The notes beneath the pieces were generated by a model that worked only from the letters and a program-made list of their open reading frames with translations, did no database searches and had not been told where the DNA came from. This document shows, in pieces, positions 39,001 through 50,049 of a stretch of DNA of 64,000 bases; position 1 is the stretch's first letter; every line of letters begins with the position of its first letter. A program made the position numbers and the translations under genes. This stretch comes from Eledone cirrhosa (Eukaryota), in contig OZ024742.1 in assembly GCA_964016885.1 (NCBI GenBank), positions 185,132,001-185,196,000 on the forward strand, given 5' to 3'.

Positions 39001-42000
39001 TTAAGTTGGTGTTAAGTTAAGATGGGGTTAAGTTAAGTTGTGGTTAAGTTAAGTTGGGGTTAAGATAAGTTGGGGTTAAGTTAAGTTGCGGTTGAGTTAA
39101 GTTAGGTTTGAGTTAATTGGGGTTAAGTTAAGTTGGGGCTAAGTTAAGTTGGGGCTAAGTTAAGTTGGGGCTAAGTTAAGTTGGGGTTAAGTTAAGGTGG
39201 GGTTTAGTTAAGTTGGGGTTGAGTTAAGTTGGGGTTGAGTTAAGTTGGGGTTAAGTTAAGTTGGGGTTAAGTTAAGTTAGGGTTAACTTAAGTTGGGGTT
39301 AAGTTAAGTTTAGGTTAACTTAAGTTGGGGTTAAGTTAAGTTGGGGTTAAGTTAAGTTGGGGCTAAGTTAAGTTGGGGCTAAGTTAAGTTGGGGCTAAGT
39401 TAAGTTGGGGTTAAGTTAAGGTGGGGTTTAGTTAAGTTGGGGTTGAGTTAAGTTGGGGTTGAGTTAAGTTAGGGTTAAGTTAAGTTGGGGTTAAGTTAAG
39501 TTAGGGTTAACTTAAGTTGGGGTTAAGTTAAGTTGGGGTTGAGTTAAGTTGGGGTTTAATTAAGTTGGGGTTGAGTTAAGTTGGGGTTGAGTTAAGTTGG
39601 GCTTGAGTTAAGTTGGGGTTGAGTTAAGTTGGGCTTATCTTAAGTTGGGGTTAATTTAAGATGGGGTTAAGTTAAGTTGGGGTTAAGTTAATTTGGGGTT
39701 AAGTTAAGTTGGGGTTAAGTTAAGTTGGGGTTATGTTAAGTTGGGGTTAAGTTAAGTTGAGGTTAACTTAAGTTGGGGTTAAGTTAAGTTGGGGTTAAGT
39801 TAAGTTGGGGCTAAGTTAAGTTGGGGCTAAGTTAAGTTGGGGTTAAGTTAAGTTGGGGTTAAGTTAAGTTGGGGTCAACTTAAGTTGGGGCTAAGTTAAG
39901 TTGGGGTTAAGTTAAGTTGGGGCTAAGTTAAGTTGGAGTTAAGTTAAGTTGGGGTTAAATTAAGTTGGGGTCAACGTAAGTTGGGGTTAAGTTAAGTTGG
40001 GGTTAAGTTAATTTGGGGGTAAGTTATGTTGGGGTTAAGTTAAGTTGGGGTTAAGTTAAGTTGGGGTTAAGTTAAGTTGGGGCTGAGTTAAATTGGGGCT
40101 GTGTTAAGTTGGGGTTAAGTTAAGTTGGGGTTAAGTTAAGTTGGGGTTAAGTTAAGTTGGGGTTAAGTTGGGGTTAAATTAAGTTGGGGTTAATTTAAGT
40201 TGGGGTTAAGTTAAGTTGGGTTTAGGTTAAGTTGGGGTTGAGTTAAGTTGGGTTTAAGTTAAGTTGGGGTTAATTTAAGTTGGGGTTAAGTTAAGTTGGG
40301 GCTGAGTTAAGTTGGGGTTAAGTTAAGTTGGGGTTGAGTTAAGTTGGGGTTAAGTTAAGTTGGAGTTAAGTTAAGTCGGGATTAAGTTAAGTTGGGGTTA
40401 AGTTAAGTTGGGGTTAAGTTAAGTTGGGGTTAAGTTAAGTTGGGCTTAAGTTAAGTTGGGGTTAAGATAAGTTGGGGTTAAGTTAAGTTGGGGTTGAGTT
40501 AAGTTGGGGTTGAGTTAATTTGGGGTTAAGTTAAGTTGGGGTTAACTTAAGTTGGGGTTCAGTTAAGTTGGCGTTCAGTTAAGTTGCGGTGAAGTTAAGT
40601 TGGGGTTAACTTAAGTCGGGGTTAAGTTAAGTTGGGGTTAAGTTAAGTTGGGGTCAAGTTAAGTTGGGGTTAAGTTAAGTTGGGGTTATGTTAAGTTGGG
40701 GTTAAGTTAAGTTGGGGTTAAGTTAAGTCGGGGTTAAGTTAAGTTGGGGTTAAGTTAAGTTGGGGATAAGTTAAGTTGGGGTCAAGTTAAGTTGGGGTTA
40801 AGTTAAGTTGGGGTTAAGTTAAGTCGCGGTTAATTTAAGTTGGGGTTAAGTTAAGATGGGGTTAAGTTAAGTTGGGGTTAAGTTAAGTTGGGGTTAAGAT
40901 AAGTTGGGGTTAAGTTAAGTTGGGGTTGAGTTAAGTTGGGGTTGAGTTAATTGGGGTTAAGTTAAGTTGGGGTTAACTTAAGTTGGGTTTAAGTTAAGTT
41001 GGGGTTAAGTTAAGTTGGGGTTAAATTAAGTTGGGGTTAAGATAAGTTGGGGTTAAGTTAAGTCGGGGTTAAGTTAAGTCGGGGTTAAGTTAAGTTGGGG
41101 TTAAGTTAACTTGGTGTTAAGTTAAGTTGGGGCTCAGTTAAGTTGGGGTTGAGTTAAGTTGGGGTCAATTTAAGTTGGGACTAAGCTAAGTTGGGGTTAA
41201 GTTAAGTTGGGGTTAAGTTAAGTTGGCGCTAAGTTTAGTGAAGGTTAAGTTAAGTTGGGGTTGAGTTACGTTGGGGTTAAGTTAAGTTGGGGTTAAGTTA
41301 AGTTAGGGTTAAGTTAAGCTTGGGTTAAGTTAAGTTGGGGTTGAGTTAATTTGGGGTTGAGTTAAGTTGGGGTTGAGTTAAGTTGGGGTTGAGTTAAGTT
41401 GGGGTTAAGTTAAGTTGGGGTTAACTTAAGTTGGTGTTAAGTTAAGTTGGGGTCAATTTAAGTTGAGGTTAAGTTAACTTGGGATTAAGTTAAGTTGCGG
41501 TTAACTTAAATTGAGGTTAAGATAAGTTGGGGTTAAGTTAAGTTGGGGGTAAGTTAAGTTGGGGGTAAGTTAAGTTTGGGTTAAGTTGGGGTTAAGTTAA
41601 GTTAGGGTTAAGTTACGTTGGGGTTGAGTTAAGTTGGGGTTAATTTAAATTGGGGTTAAGTTAACTTTGTGGTTCAGTTAAGTTGGGATTAAGTTAAGTT
41701 GGGGCTTATTTAAGTTGGGGTTAAGTTAAGTTGTGGTTAAGTTAAGTTGGGGTTAAGTTAAGTTGGGGTTAATTTAAGTTGGGGTTAAGTTAAGTTGGGG
41801 TTAAATTAAGCTGGGTTGAAGTTAAGTTGGGGTTAAGTTAAGTTGTGGTTAAGTTAAGTTGGGGTTAAGTTAAGTCGGGGTTAAGTTAAGTCGGGGTTAA
41901 GTTAAGTTGTGGTTAAGTTAAGTTGGGGTTAAGTTAAGTTGGGGTTAAGTTAAGTTAGGGATAAGCTAAGTTGGCGTTAAGTTAAGTTGGGGTTAAGTTA

Positions 42001-45000
42001 AGTTGGGGTTAAGTTAAGTTGTGGTTAAGTTAAGTTGGGGCTGAGTTAAGTTGGGGTCAAGTTAAGTTGGGGTTGAGTTAAGTTGGGGTTAAGTTAACTT
42101 GGGGTTAATTTAAGTTGGGGTTAAGTCAAATTGGGTTTGAGTTAAGTTAGGGTTAAGTTAAGTTGGGGTTAAGTTAAGTTGGGGTTAAGTTAAGTTGGGG
42201 TTAAGTTAAGTTGGGGTTAAATTAAGCTGGGTTTAAGTTAAGTTGGGGTTAAGTTAAGTTGGGGTTAAGTTAAGTTGGGGTTAAGTTAAGTTGAGGTTAA
42301 GTTAGGTTGGGGTTAAATTCAGTTGGGGTTAAGTTAAGTTGGGGTTAAGTTAATTTGGGGATAAGTTAAGTTGAGTTTAAGTTAAGTTGGAGTTGATTTA
42401 AGTTGAGGTTAAGTTAAGTTGTGGTAAAGTTAAGTTGGGGTTAAGTTAAGTTGGGGTTAACTTAAGTTGGGGTTCAGTTAAGTTGGCGTTCAGTTAAGTT
42501 GCGGTGAAGTTAAGTTGGGGTTAACTTAAGTCGGGGTTGAGTTAAGTTGGGGTTAAGTTAAGTTGGGGTCAAGTTAAGTTGGGGTTAAGTTAAGTTGGGG
42601 TTATGTTAAGTTGGGGTTAAGTTAAGTTGGGGTTAAGTTAAGTCGGGGTTAAGTTAAGTTGGGGTTAAGTTAAGTTGGGGTTAAGTTAAGTTGGGGTCAA
42701 GTTAAGTTGGGGTTAAGTTAAGTTGGGGTTAAGTTAAGTCGCGGTTAAGTTAAGTTGGGGTTAAGTTAAGATGTGGTTAAGTTAAGTTGGGGTTAAGTTA
42801 AGTTGGGGTTAAGATAAGTTGGGGTTAAGTTAAGTTGGGGTTGAGTTAAGTTGGGGTTGAGTTAATTGGGGTTAAGTTAAGTTGGGGTTAACTTAAGTTG
42901 GGTTTAAGTTAAGTTTGGGTTAAGTTAAGTTGGGGTTAAATTAAGTTGGGGTTAAGATAAGTTGGGGTTAAGTTAAGTCGGGGTTAAGTTAAGTCGGGGT
43001 TAATTTAAGTTGGGGTTAAGTTAACTTGGTGTTAAGTTAAGTTGGGGCTCAGTTAAGTTGGGGTTGAGTTAAGTTGGGGTCAAGTTAAGTTGGGACTAAG
43101 CTAAGTTGGGGTTAAGTTAAGTTGGGGTTAAGTTAAGTTGGCGCTAAGTTAAGTGAAGGTTAAGTTAAGTTGGGGTTGAGTTAAGTTGGGGTTAATTTAA
43201 GTTGGGGTTGAGTTAAGTTGGGGTTGAGTTAAGTTGGGGTTGAGTTAAGTTGGGGTTACGTTAAGTTGGGGTTAAGTTAAGTTGGGGTTAAGTTAAGTTT
43301 AGGTTAACTTAAGTTGGGGTTAAGTTAAGTTGGGGTTAAGTTAAGTTGGGGCTAAGTTAAGTTGGGGCTTATTTAAGTTGGGGTTAAGTTAAGTTGTGGT
43401 TAAGTTAAGTTGGGGTTAAGTTAAGTTGGGGTTAAGTTAAGTTGGGGTTAAGTTAAGTTGGGGTTAAATTAAGCTGGGTTGAAGTTAAGTTGGGGTTAAG
43501 TTAAGTTGGGGTTAAGTTAAGTTGGGGTTAAGTTAAGTTGGGGTTAAGTTAAGTCGGGGTTAAGTTAATTTGGGGTTCAGTTAAGTTGGGGTTAAGTTAA
43601 GTTGGGGCTTATTTAAGTTGGGGTTAAGTTAAGTTGTGGTTAAGTTAAGTTGGGGTTAAGTTAAGTCGGGGTTAAGTTAAGTCGGGGTTAAGTTAAGTTG
43701 TGGTTAAGTTAAGTTGGGGTTAAGTTAAGTTGGGGTTAAGTTAAGTTAGGGATAAGCTAAGTTGGCGTTAAGTTAAGTTGGGGTTAAGTTAAGTTGGGGT
43801 TAAGTTAAGTTGAGGTTAAGTTAAGTTGGGGTTAAATTCAGTTGGGGTTAACTTAAGTTGGGGTTAAGTTAAGTTGGGGTTAAGTTAAGTTGAGTTTAAG
43901 TTAAGTTGGAGTTAATTTAAGTTGAGGTTAAGTTAAGTTGTGGTAAAGTTAAGTTGGGGTTAAGTTAAGTTGGGGTTAAGTTAAGTTGGGGTTCAGTTAA
44001 GTTGGGGTTAAGTTAAGTAGGGGTTCAGTTGGGGTTAAATTAAGTTGGGGTTAAGTTAAGTTGGGGTTAATTTAAGTTGGGGTTAAGTTAAGTTGGGGTT
44101 AAGTTAAGTTGGGGTTAAGTTAAGTTGGGGTTGAGTTAAGTTGGGGTTATGTTAAGTCGGGGTTAAGTTAAGTTGGGGTTAAGTTAAGTTGGGGTTAAGT
44201 TAAGTTGGGGTTAAGTTAAGTTGGGGTTGAGTTAAGTTGGGGTTAAGTTAAGTTGGGTTTAAGTTAAGTTGGGGTTAAGTTAAGTTGGGGTTAAGTTAAG
44301 GTGAGGTTAAGTTAAGTTGGGGTTAAGTTAAGTCGGGGTTAAGTTAAGTTGGGGTTAAGTTAAGTTGGGGTTAAGTTAAGTTGGGGTTAAGTTAAGTTCG
44401 GGTTAAGATAAGTTGGGGTTAAGTTAAGTTGGGGTTGAGTTAAGTTGGGGTTGAGTTAATTTGGGGTTAAGTTAAGTTGGGGTTAACTTAAGTTGGGGTT
44501 AAGTTAAGTTGGCGTTCAGTTAAGTTGCGGTTAAGTTAAGTTGGGGTTAACTTAAGTCGGGTTTAAGTTAAGTTGGGGTTAAGTTAAGTTGGGGTCAAGT
44601 TAAGTTGGGGTTAAGTTAAGTTGGGGTTAAGTTAAGTTGGGGTTAAGTTAAGTCGGGGTTACGTTAAGTTGGGGTTAAGTTAAGTTGGGGTTAAGTTAAG
44701 TTGGGGTCAAGTTAAGTTGGGGTTAAGTTAAGTTGGGGTTAAGTTAAGTTGGGGTTAAGTTAAGTCGCGGTTAAGTTAAGTTGGGGTTAAGTTAAGATGG
44801 GGTTAAGTTAAGTTGTGGTTAAGTTAAGTTGGGGTTAAGATAAGTTGGGGTTAAGTTAAGTTGCGGTTGAGTTAAGTTGGGGTTGAGTTAATTGGGGTTA
44901 AGTTAAGTTGGGGTTAACTTAAGTTGGGTTTAAGTTAAGTTGGGGTTAAGTTAAGTTGGGGTTAAATTAAGTTGGGGTTATGATAAGTTGGGGTTAAGTT

Positions 45001-48000
45001 AAGTCGGGGTTAAGTTATGTCGGGGTTAAGTTAAGTTGGGGTTAAGTTAACTTGGTGTTAAGTTAAGTTGGGGTTCAGTTAAGTTGGGGTTGAGTTAAGT
45101 TGGGGGTCAAGTTAAGTTGGGGTTAAGCTAAGTTGGGGTTAAGTTAAGTTGGGGTTAAGTTAAGTTGCGGTTAAGTTAAGTTGGGGTTAACTTAAGTCGG
45201 GGTTAAGTTAAGTTGGGGTTAAGTTAAGTTGGGGTCAAGTTAAGTTGGGGTTAAGTTAAGTTGGGGTTAAGTTAAGTTGGGGTTAAGTTAAGTCGGGGTT
45301 AAGTTAAGTTGGGGTTAAGTTAAGTTGGGGTTAAGTTAAGTTGGGGTCAAGTTAAGTTGGGGTTAAGTTAAGTTGGGGTTAAGTTAAGTTGGGGTTAAGT
45401 TAAGTCGCGGTTAGTTAAGTTGGTGTTAAGTTAAGATGGGGTTAAGTTAAGTTGTGGTTAAGTTAAGTTGGGGTTAAGATAAGTTGGGGTTAAGTTAAGT
45501 TGCGGTTGAGTTAAGTTAGGTTTGAGTTAATTGGGGTTAAGTTAAGTTGGGGCTAAGTTAAGTTGGGGCTAAGTTAAGTTGGGGCTAAGTTAAGTTGGGG
45601 TTAAGTTAAGGTGGGGTTTAGTTAAGTTGGGGTTGAGTTAAGTTGGGGTTGAGTTAAGTTGGGGTTAAGTTAAGTTGGGGTTAAGTTAAGTTAGGGTTAA
45701 CTTAAGTTGGGGTTAAGTTAAGTTTAGGTTAACTTAAGTTGGGGTTAAGTTAAGTTGGGGTTAAGTTAAGTTGGGGCTAAGTTAAGTTGGGGCTAAGTTA
45801 AGTTGGGGCTAAGTTAAGTTGGGGTTAAGTTAAGGTGGGGTTTAGTTAAGTTGGGGTTGAGTTAAGTTGGGGTTGAGTTAAGTTAGGGTTAAGTTAAGTT
45901 GGGGTTAAGTTAAGTTAGGGTTAACTTAAGTTGGGGTTAAGTTAAGTTGGGGTTGAGTTAAGTTGGGGTTTAATTAAGTTGGGGTTGAGTTAAGTTGGGG
46001 TTGAGTTAAGTTGGGCTTGAGTTAAGTTGGGGTTGAGTTAAGTTGGGCTTATCTTAAGTTGGGGTTAATTTAAGATGGGGTTAAGTTAAGTTGGGGTTAA
46101 GTTAATTTGGGGTTAAGTTAAGTTGGGGTTAAGTTAAGTTGGGGTTATGTTAAGTTGGGGTTAAGTTAAGTTGAGGTTAACTTAAGTTGGGGTTAAGTTA
46201 AGTTGGGGTTAAGTTAAGTTGGGGCTAAGTTAAGTTGGGGCTAAGTTAAGTTGGGGTTAAGTTAAGTTGGGGTTAAGTTAAGTTGGGGTCAACTTAAGTT
46301 GGGGCTAAGTTAAGTTGGGGTTAAGTTAAGTTGGGGCTAAGTTAAGTTGGAGTTAAGTTAAGTTGGGGTTAAATTAAGTTGGGGTCAACGTAAGTTGGGG
46401 TTAAGTTAAGTTGGGGTTAAGTTAATTTGGGGGTAAGTTATGTTGGGGTTAAGTTAAGTTGGGGTTAAGTTAAGTTGGGGTTAAGTTAAGTTGGGGCTGA
46501 GTTAAATTGGGGCTGTGTTAAGTTGGGGTTAAGTTAAGTTGGGGTTAAGTTAAGTTGGGGTTAAGTTAAGTTGGGGTTAAGTTGGGGTTAAATTAAGTTG
46601 GGGTTAATTTAAGTTGGGGTTAAGTTAAGTTGGGTTTAGGTTAAGTTGGGGTTGAGTTAAGTTGGGTTTAAGTTAAGTTGGGGTTAATTTAAGTTGGGGT
46701 TAAGTTAAGTTGGGGCTGAGTTAAGTTGGGGTTAAGTTAAGTTGGGGTTGAGTTAAGTTGGGGTTAAGTTAAGTTGGAGTTAAGTTAAGTCGGGATTAAG
46801 TTAAGTTGGGGTTAAGTTAAGTTGGGGTTAAGTTAAGTTGGGGTTAAGTTAAGTTGGGCTTAAGTTAAGTTGGGGTTAAGATAAGTTGGGGTTAAGTTAA
46901 GTTGGGGTTGAGTTAAGTTGGGGTTGAGTTAATTTGGGGTTAAGTTAAGTTGGGGTTAACTTAAGTTGGGGTTCAGTTAAGTTGGCGTTCAGTTAAGTTG
47001 CGGTGAAGTTAAGTTGGGGTTAACTTAAGTCGGGGTTAAGTTAAGTTGGGGTTAAGTTAAGTTGGGGTCAAGTTAAGTTGGGGTTAAGTTAAGTTGGGGT
47101 TATGTTAAGTTGGGGTTAAGTTAAGTTGGGGTTAAGTTAAGTCGGGGTTAAGTTAAGTTGGGGTTAAGTTAAGTTGGGGATAAGTTAAGTTGGGGTCAAG
47201 TTAAGTTGGGGTTAAGTTAAGTTGGGGTTAAGTTAAGTCGCGGTTAATTTAAGTTGGGGTTAAGTTAAGATGGGGTTAAGTTAAGTTGGGGTTAAGTTAA
47301 GTTGGGGTTAAGATAAGTTGGGGTTAAGTTAAGTTGGGGTTGAGTTAAGTTGGGGTTGAGTTAATTGGGGTTAAGTTAAGTTGGGGTTAACTTAAGTTGG
47401 GTTTAAGTTAAGTTGGGGTTAAGTTAAGTTGGGGTTAAATTAAGTTGGGGTTAAGATAAGTTGGGGTTAAGTTAAGTCGGGGTTAAGTTAAGTCGGGGTT
47501 AAGTTAAGTTGGGGTTAAGTTAACTTGGTGTTAAGTTAAGTTGGGGCTCAGTTAAGTTGGGGTTGAGTTAAGTTGGGGTCAATTTAAGTTGGGACTAAGC
47601 TAAGTTGGGGTTAAGTTAAGTTGGGGTTAAGTTAAGTTGGCGCTAAGTTTAGTGAAGGTTAAGTTAAGTTGGGGTTGAGTTACGTTGGGGTTAAGTTAAG
47701 TTGGGGTTAAGTTAAGTTAGGGTTAAGTTAAGCTTGGGTTAAGTTAAGTTGGGGTTGAGTTAATTTGGGGTTGAGTTAAGTTGGGGTTGAGTTAAGTTGG
47801 GGTTGAGTTAAGTTGGGGTTAAGTTAAGTTGGGGTTAACTTAAGTTGGTGTTAAGTTAAGTTGGGGTCAATTTAAGTTGAGGTTAAGTTAACTTGGGATT
47901 AAGTTAAGTTGCGGTTAACTTAAATTGAGGTTAAGATAAGTTGGGGTTAAGTTAAGTTGGGGGTAAGTTAAGTTGGGGGTAAGTTAAGTTTGGGTTAAGT

Positions 48001-48874
48001 TGGGGTTAAGTTAAGTTAGGGTTAAGTTACGTTGGGGTTGAGTTAAGTTGGGGTTAATTTAAATTGGGGTTAAGTTAACTTTGTGGTTCAGTTAAGTTGG
48101 GATTAAGTTAAGTTGGGGCTTATTTAAGTTGGGGTTAAGTTAAGTTGTGGTTAAGTTAAGTTGGGGTTAAGTTAAGTTGGGGTTAATTTAAGTTGGGGTT
48201 AAGTTAAGTTGGGGTTAAATTAAGCTGGGTTGAAGTTAAGTTGGGGTTAAGTTAAGTTGTGGTTAAGTTAAGTTGGGGTTAAGTTAAGTCGGGGTTAAGT
48301 TAAGTCGGGGTTAAGTTAAGTTGTGGTTAAGTTAAGTTGGGGTTAAGTTAAGTTGGGGTTAAGTTAAGTTAGGGATAAGCTAAGTTGGCGTTAAGTTAAG
48401 TTGGGGTTAAGTTAAGTTGGGGTTAAGTTAAGTTGTGGTTAAGTTAAGTTGGGGCTGAGTTAAGTTGGGGTCAAGTTAAGTTGGGGTTGAGTTAAGTTGG
48501 GGTTAAGTTAACTTGGGGTTAATTTAAGTTGGGGTTAAGTCAAATTGGGTTTGAGTTAAGTTAGGGTTAAGTTAAGTTGGGGTTAAGTTAAGTTGGGGTT
48601 AAGTTAAGTTGGGGTTAAGTTAAGTTGGGGTTAAATTAAGCTGGGTTTAAGTTAAGTTGGGGTTAAGTTAAGTTGGGGTTAAGTTAAGTTGGGGTTAAGT
48701 TAAGTTGAGGTTAAGTTAGGTTGGGGTTAAATTCAGTTGGGGTTAAGTTAAGTTGGGGTTAAGTTAATTTGGGGATAAGTTAAGTTGAGTTTAAGTTAAG
48801 TTGGAGTTGATTTAAGTTGAGGTTAAGTTAAGTTGTGGTAAAGTTAAGTTGGGGTTAAGTTAAGTTGGGGTTAA
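36021..48874 (+). repeat. Recent tandem duplication, 6,414-bp unit (copy 1 ~36021-42434, copy 2 ~42435-48848)
   Basis: Markers pair at a constant offset of 6,414: ATGTGG 36357/42771, CTTATCTT 39634/46048, the A of CGGGATT 40381/46795, and the C of GGCGCTAAGTTTAG 41227/47641. The match breaks at 36020/42434 and 42461/48875. Confidence 0.93.
37580..40280 (+). repeat. Copy of ~28330-31030 at offset 9,250
   Basis: The A of AAGGTGAGG pairs at 28640/37890, CTTATCTT at 30384/39634, and GGGGGTAAGTTATG at ~30777/~40027. Confidence 0.8.
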
Positions 48875-50049
48875 GTTAAGTTGGGGTTCAGTTAAGTTGG
48901 GGTTAAGTTAAGTAGGGGTTCAGTTGGGGTTAAATTAATTTGGGGTTAAGTTAAGTTGGGGTTAAGTTAAGTTGGGGTTAAGTTAAGTTGGGGTTAAGTT
49001 AAGTTGGGGTTGAGTTAAGTTGGGGTTAAGTTAAGTCGGGGTTAAGTTAAGTTGGGGTTAAGTTAAGTTGGGGTTAAGTTAAGTTGGGGTTAAGTTAAGT
49101 TGGGGTTGAGTTAAGTTGGGGTTAAGTTAAGTTGGGTTTAAGTTAAGTTGGGGTTAAGTTAAGTTGGGGTTGAGTTAAGGTGGGGTTAAGTTAAGTTGGG
49201 GTTAAGTTAAGTCGGGGTTAAGTTAAGTTGGGGTGAAGTTAAGTTGGGGTTAAGTTAAGTTGGGGTTAAGTTAAGTTCGGGTTAAGATAAGTTGGGGTTA
49301 AGTTAAGTTGGGGTTGAGTTAAGTTGGGGTTGAGTTAATTTGGGGTTAAGTTAAGTTGGGGTTAACTTAAGTTGGGGTTAAGTTAAGTTGGCGTTCAGTT
49401 AAGTTGCGGTTAAGTTAAGTTGGGGTTAACTTAAGTCGGGTTTAAGTTAAGTTGGGGTTAAGTTAAGTTGGGGTCAAGTTAAGTTGGGGTTAAGTTAAGT
49501 TGGGGTTAAGTTAAGTTGGGGTTAAGTTAAGTCGGGGTTAAGTTAAGTTGGGGTTAAGTTAAGTTGGGGTTAAGTTAAGTTGGGGTCAAGTTAAGTTGGG
49601 GTTAAGTTAAGTTGGGGTTCAGTTAAGTTGGGGTTAAGTTAAGTCGCGGTTAAGTTAAGTTGGGGTTAAGTTAAGATGGGGTTAAGTTAAGTTGTGGTTA
49701 AGTTAAGTTGGGGTTAAGATAAGTTGGGGTTAAGTTAAGTTGCGGTTGAGTTAAGTTGGGGTTGAGTTAATTGGGGTTAAGTTAAGTTGGGGTTAACTTA
49801 AGTTGGGTTTAAGTTAAGTTGGGGTTAAGTTAAGTTGGGGTTAAATTAAGTTGGGGTTATGATAAGTTGGGGTTAAGTTAAGTCGGGGTTAAGTTATGTC
49901 GGGGTTAAGTTAAGTTGGGGTTAAGTTAACTTGGTGTTAAGTTAAGTTGGGGTTCAGTTAAGTTGGGGTTGAGTTAAGTTGGGGGTCAAGTTAAGTTGGG
50001 GTTAAGCTAAGTTGGGGTTAAGTTAAGTTGGGGTTAAGTTAAGTTGGGG

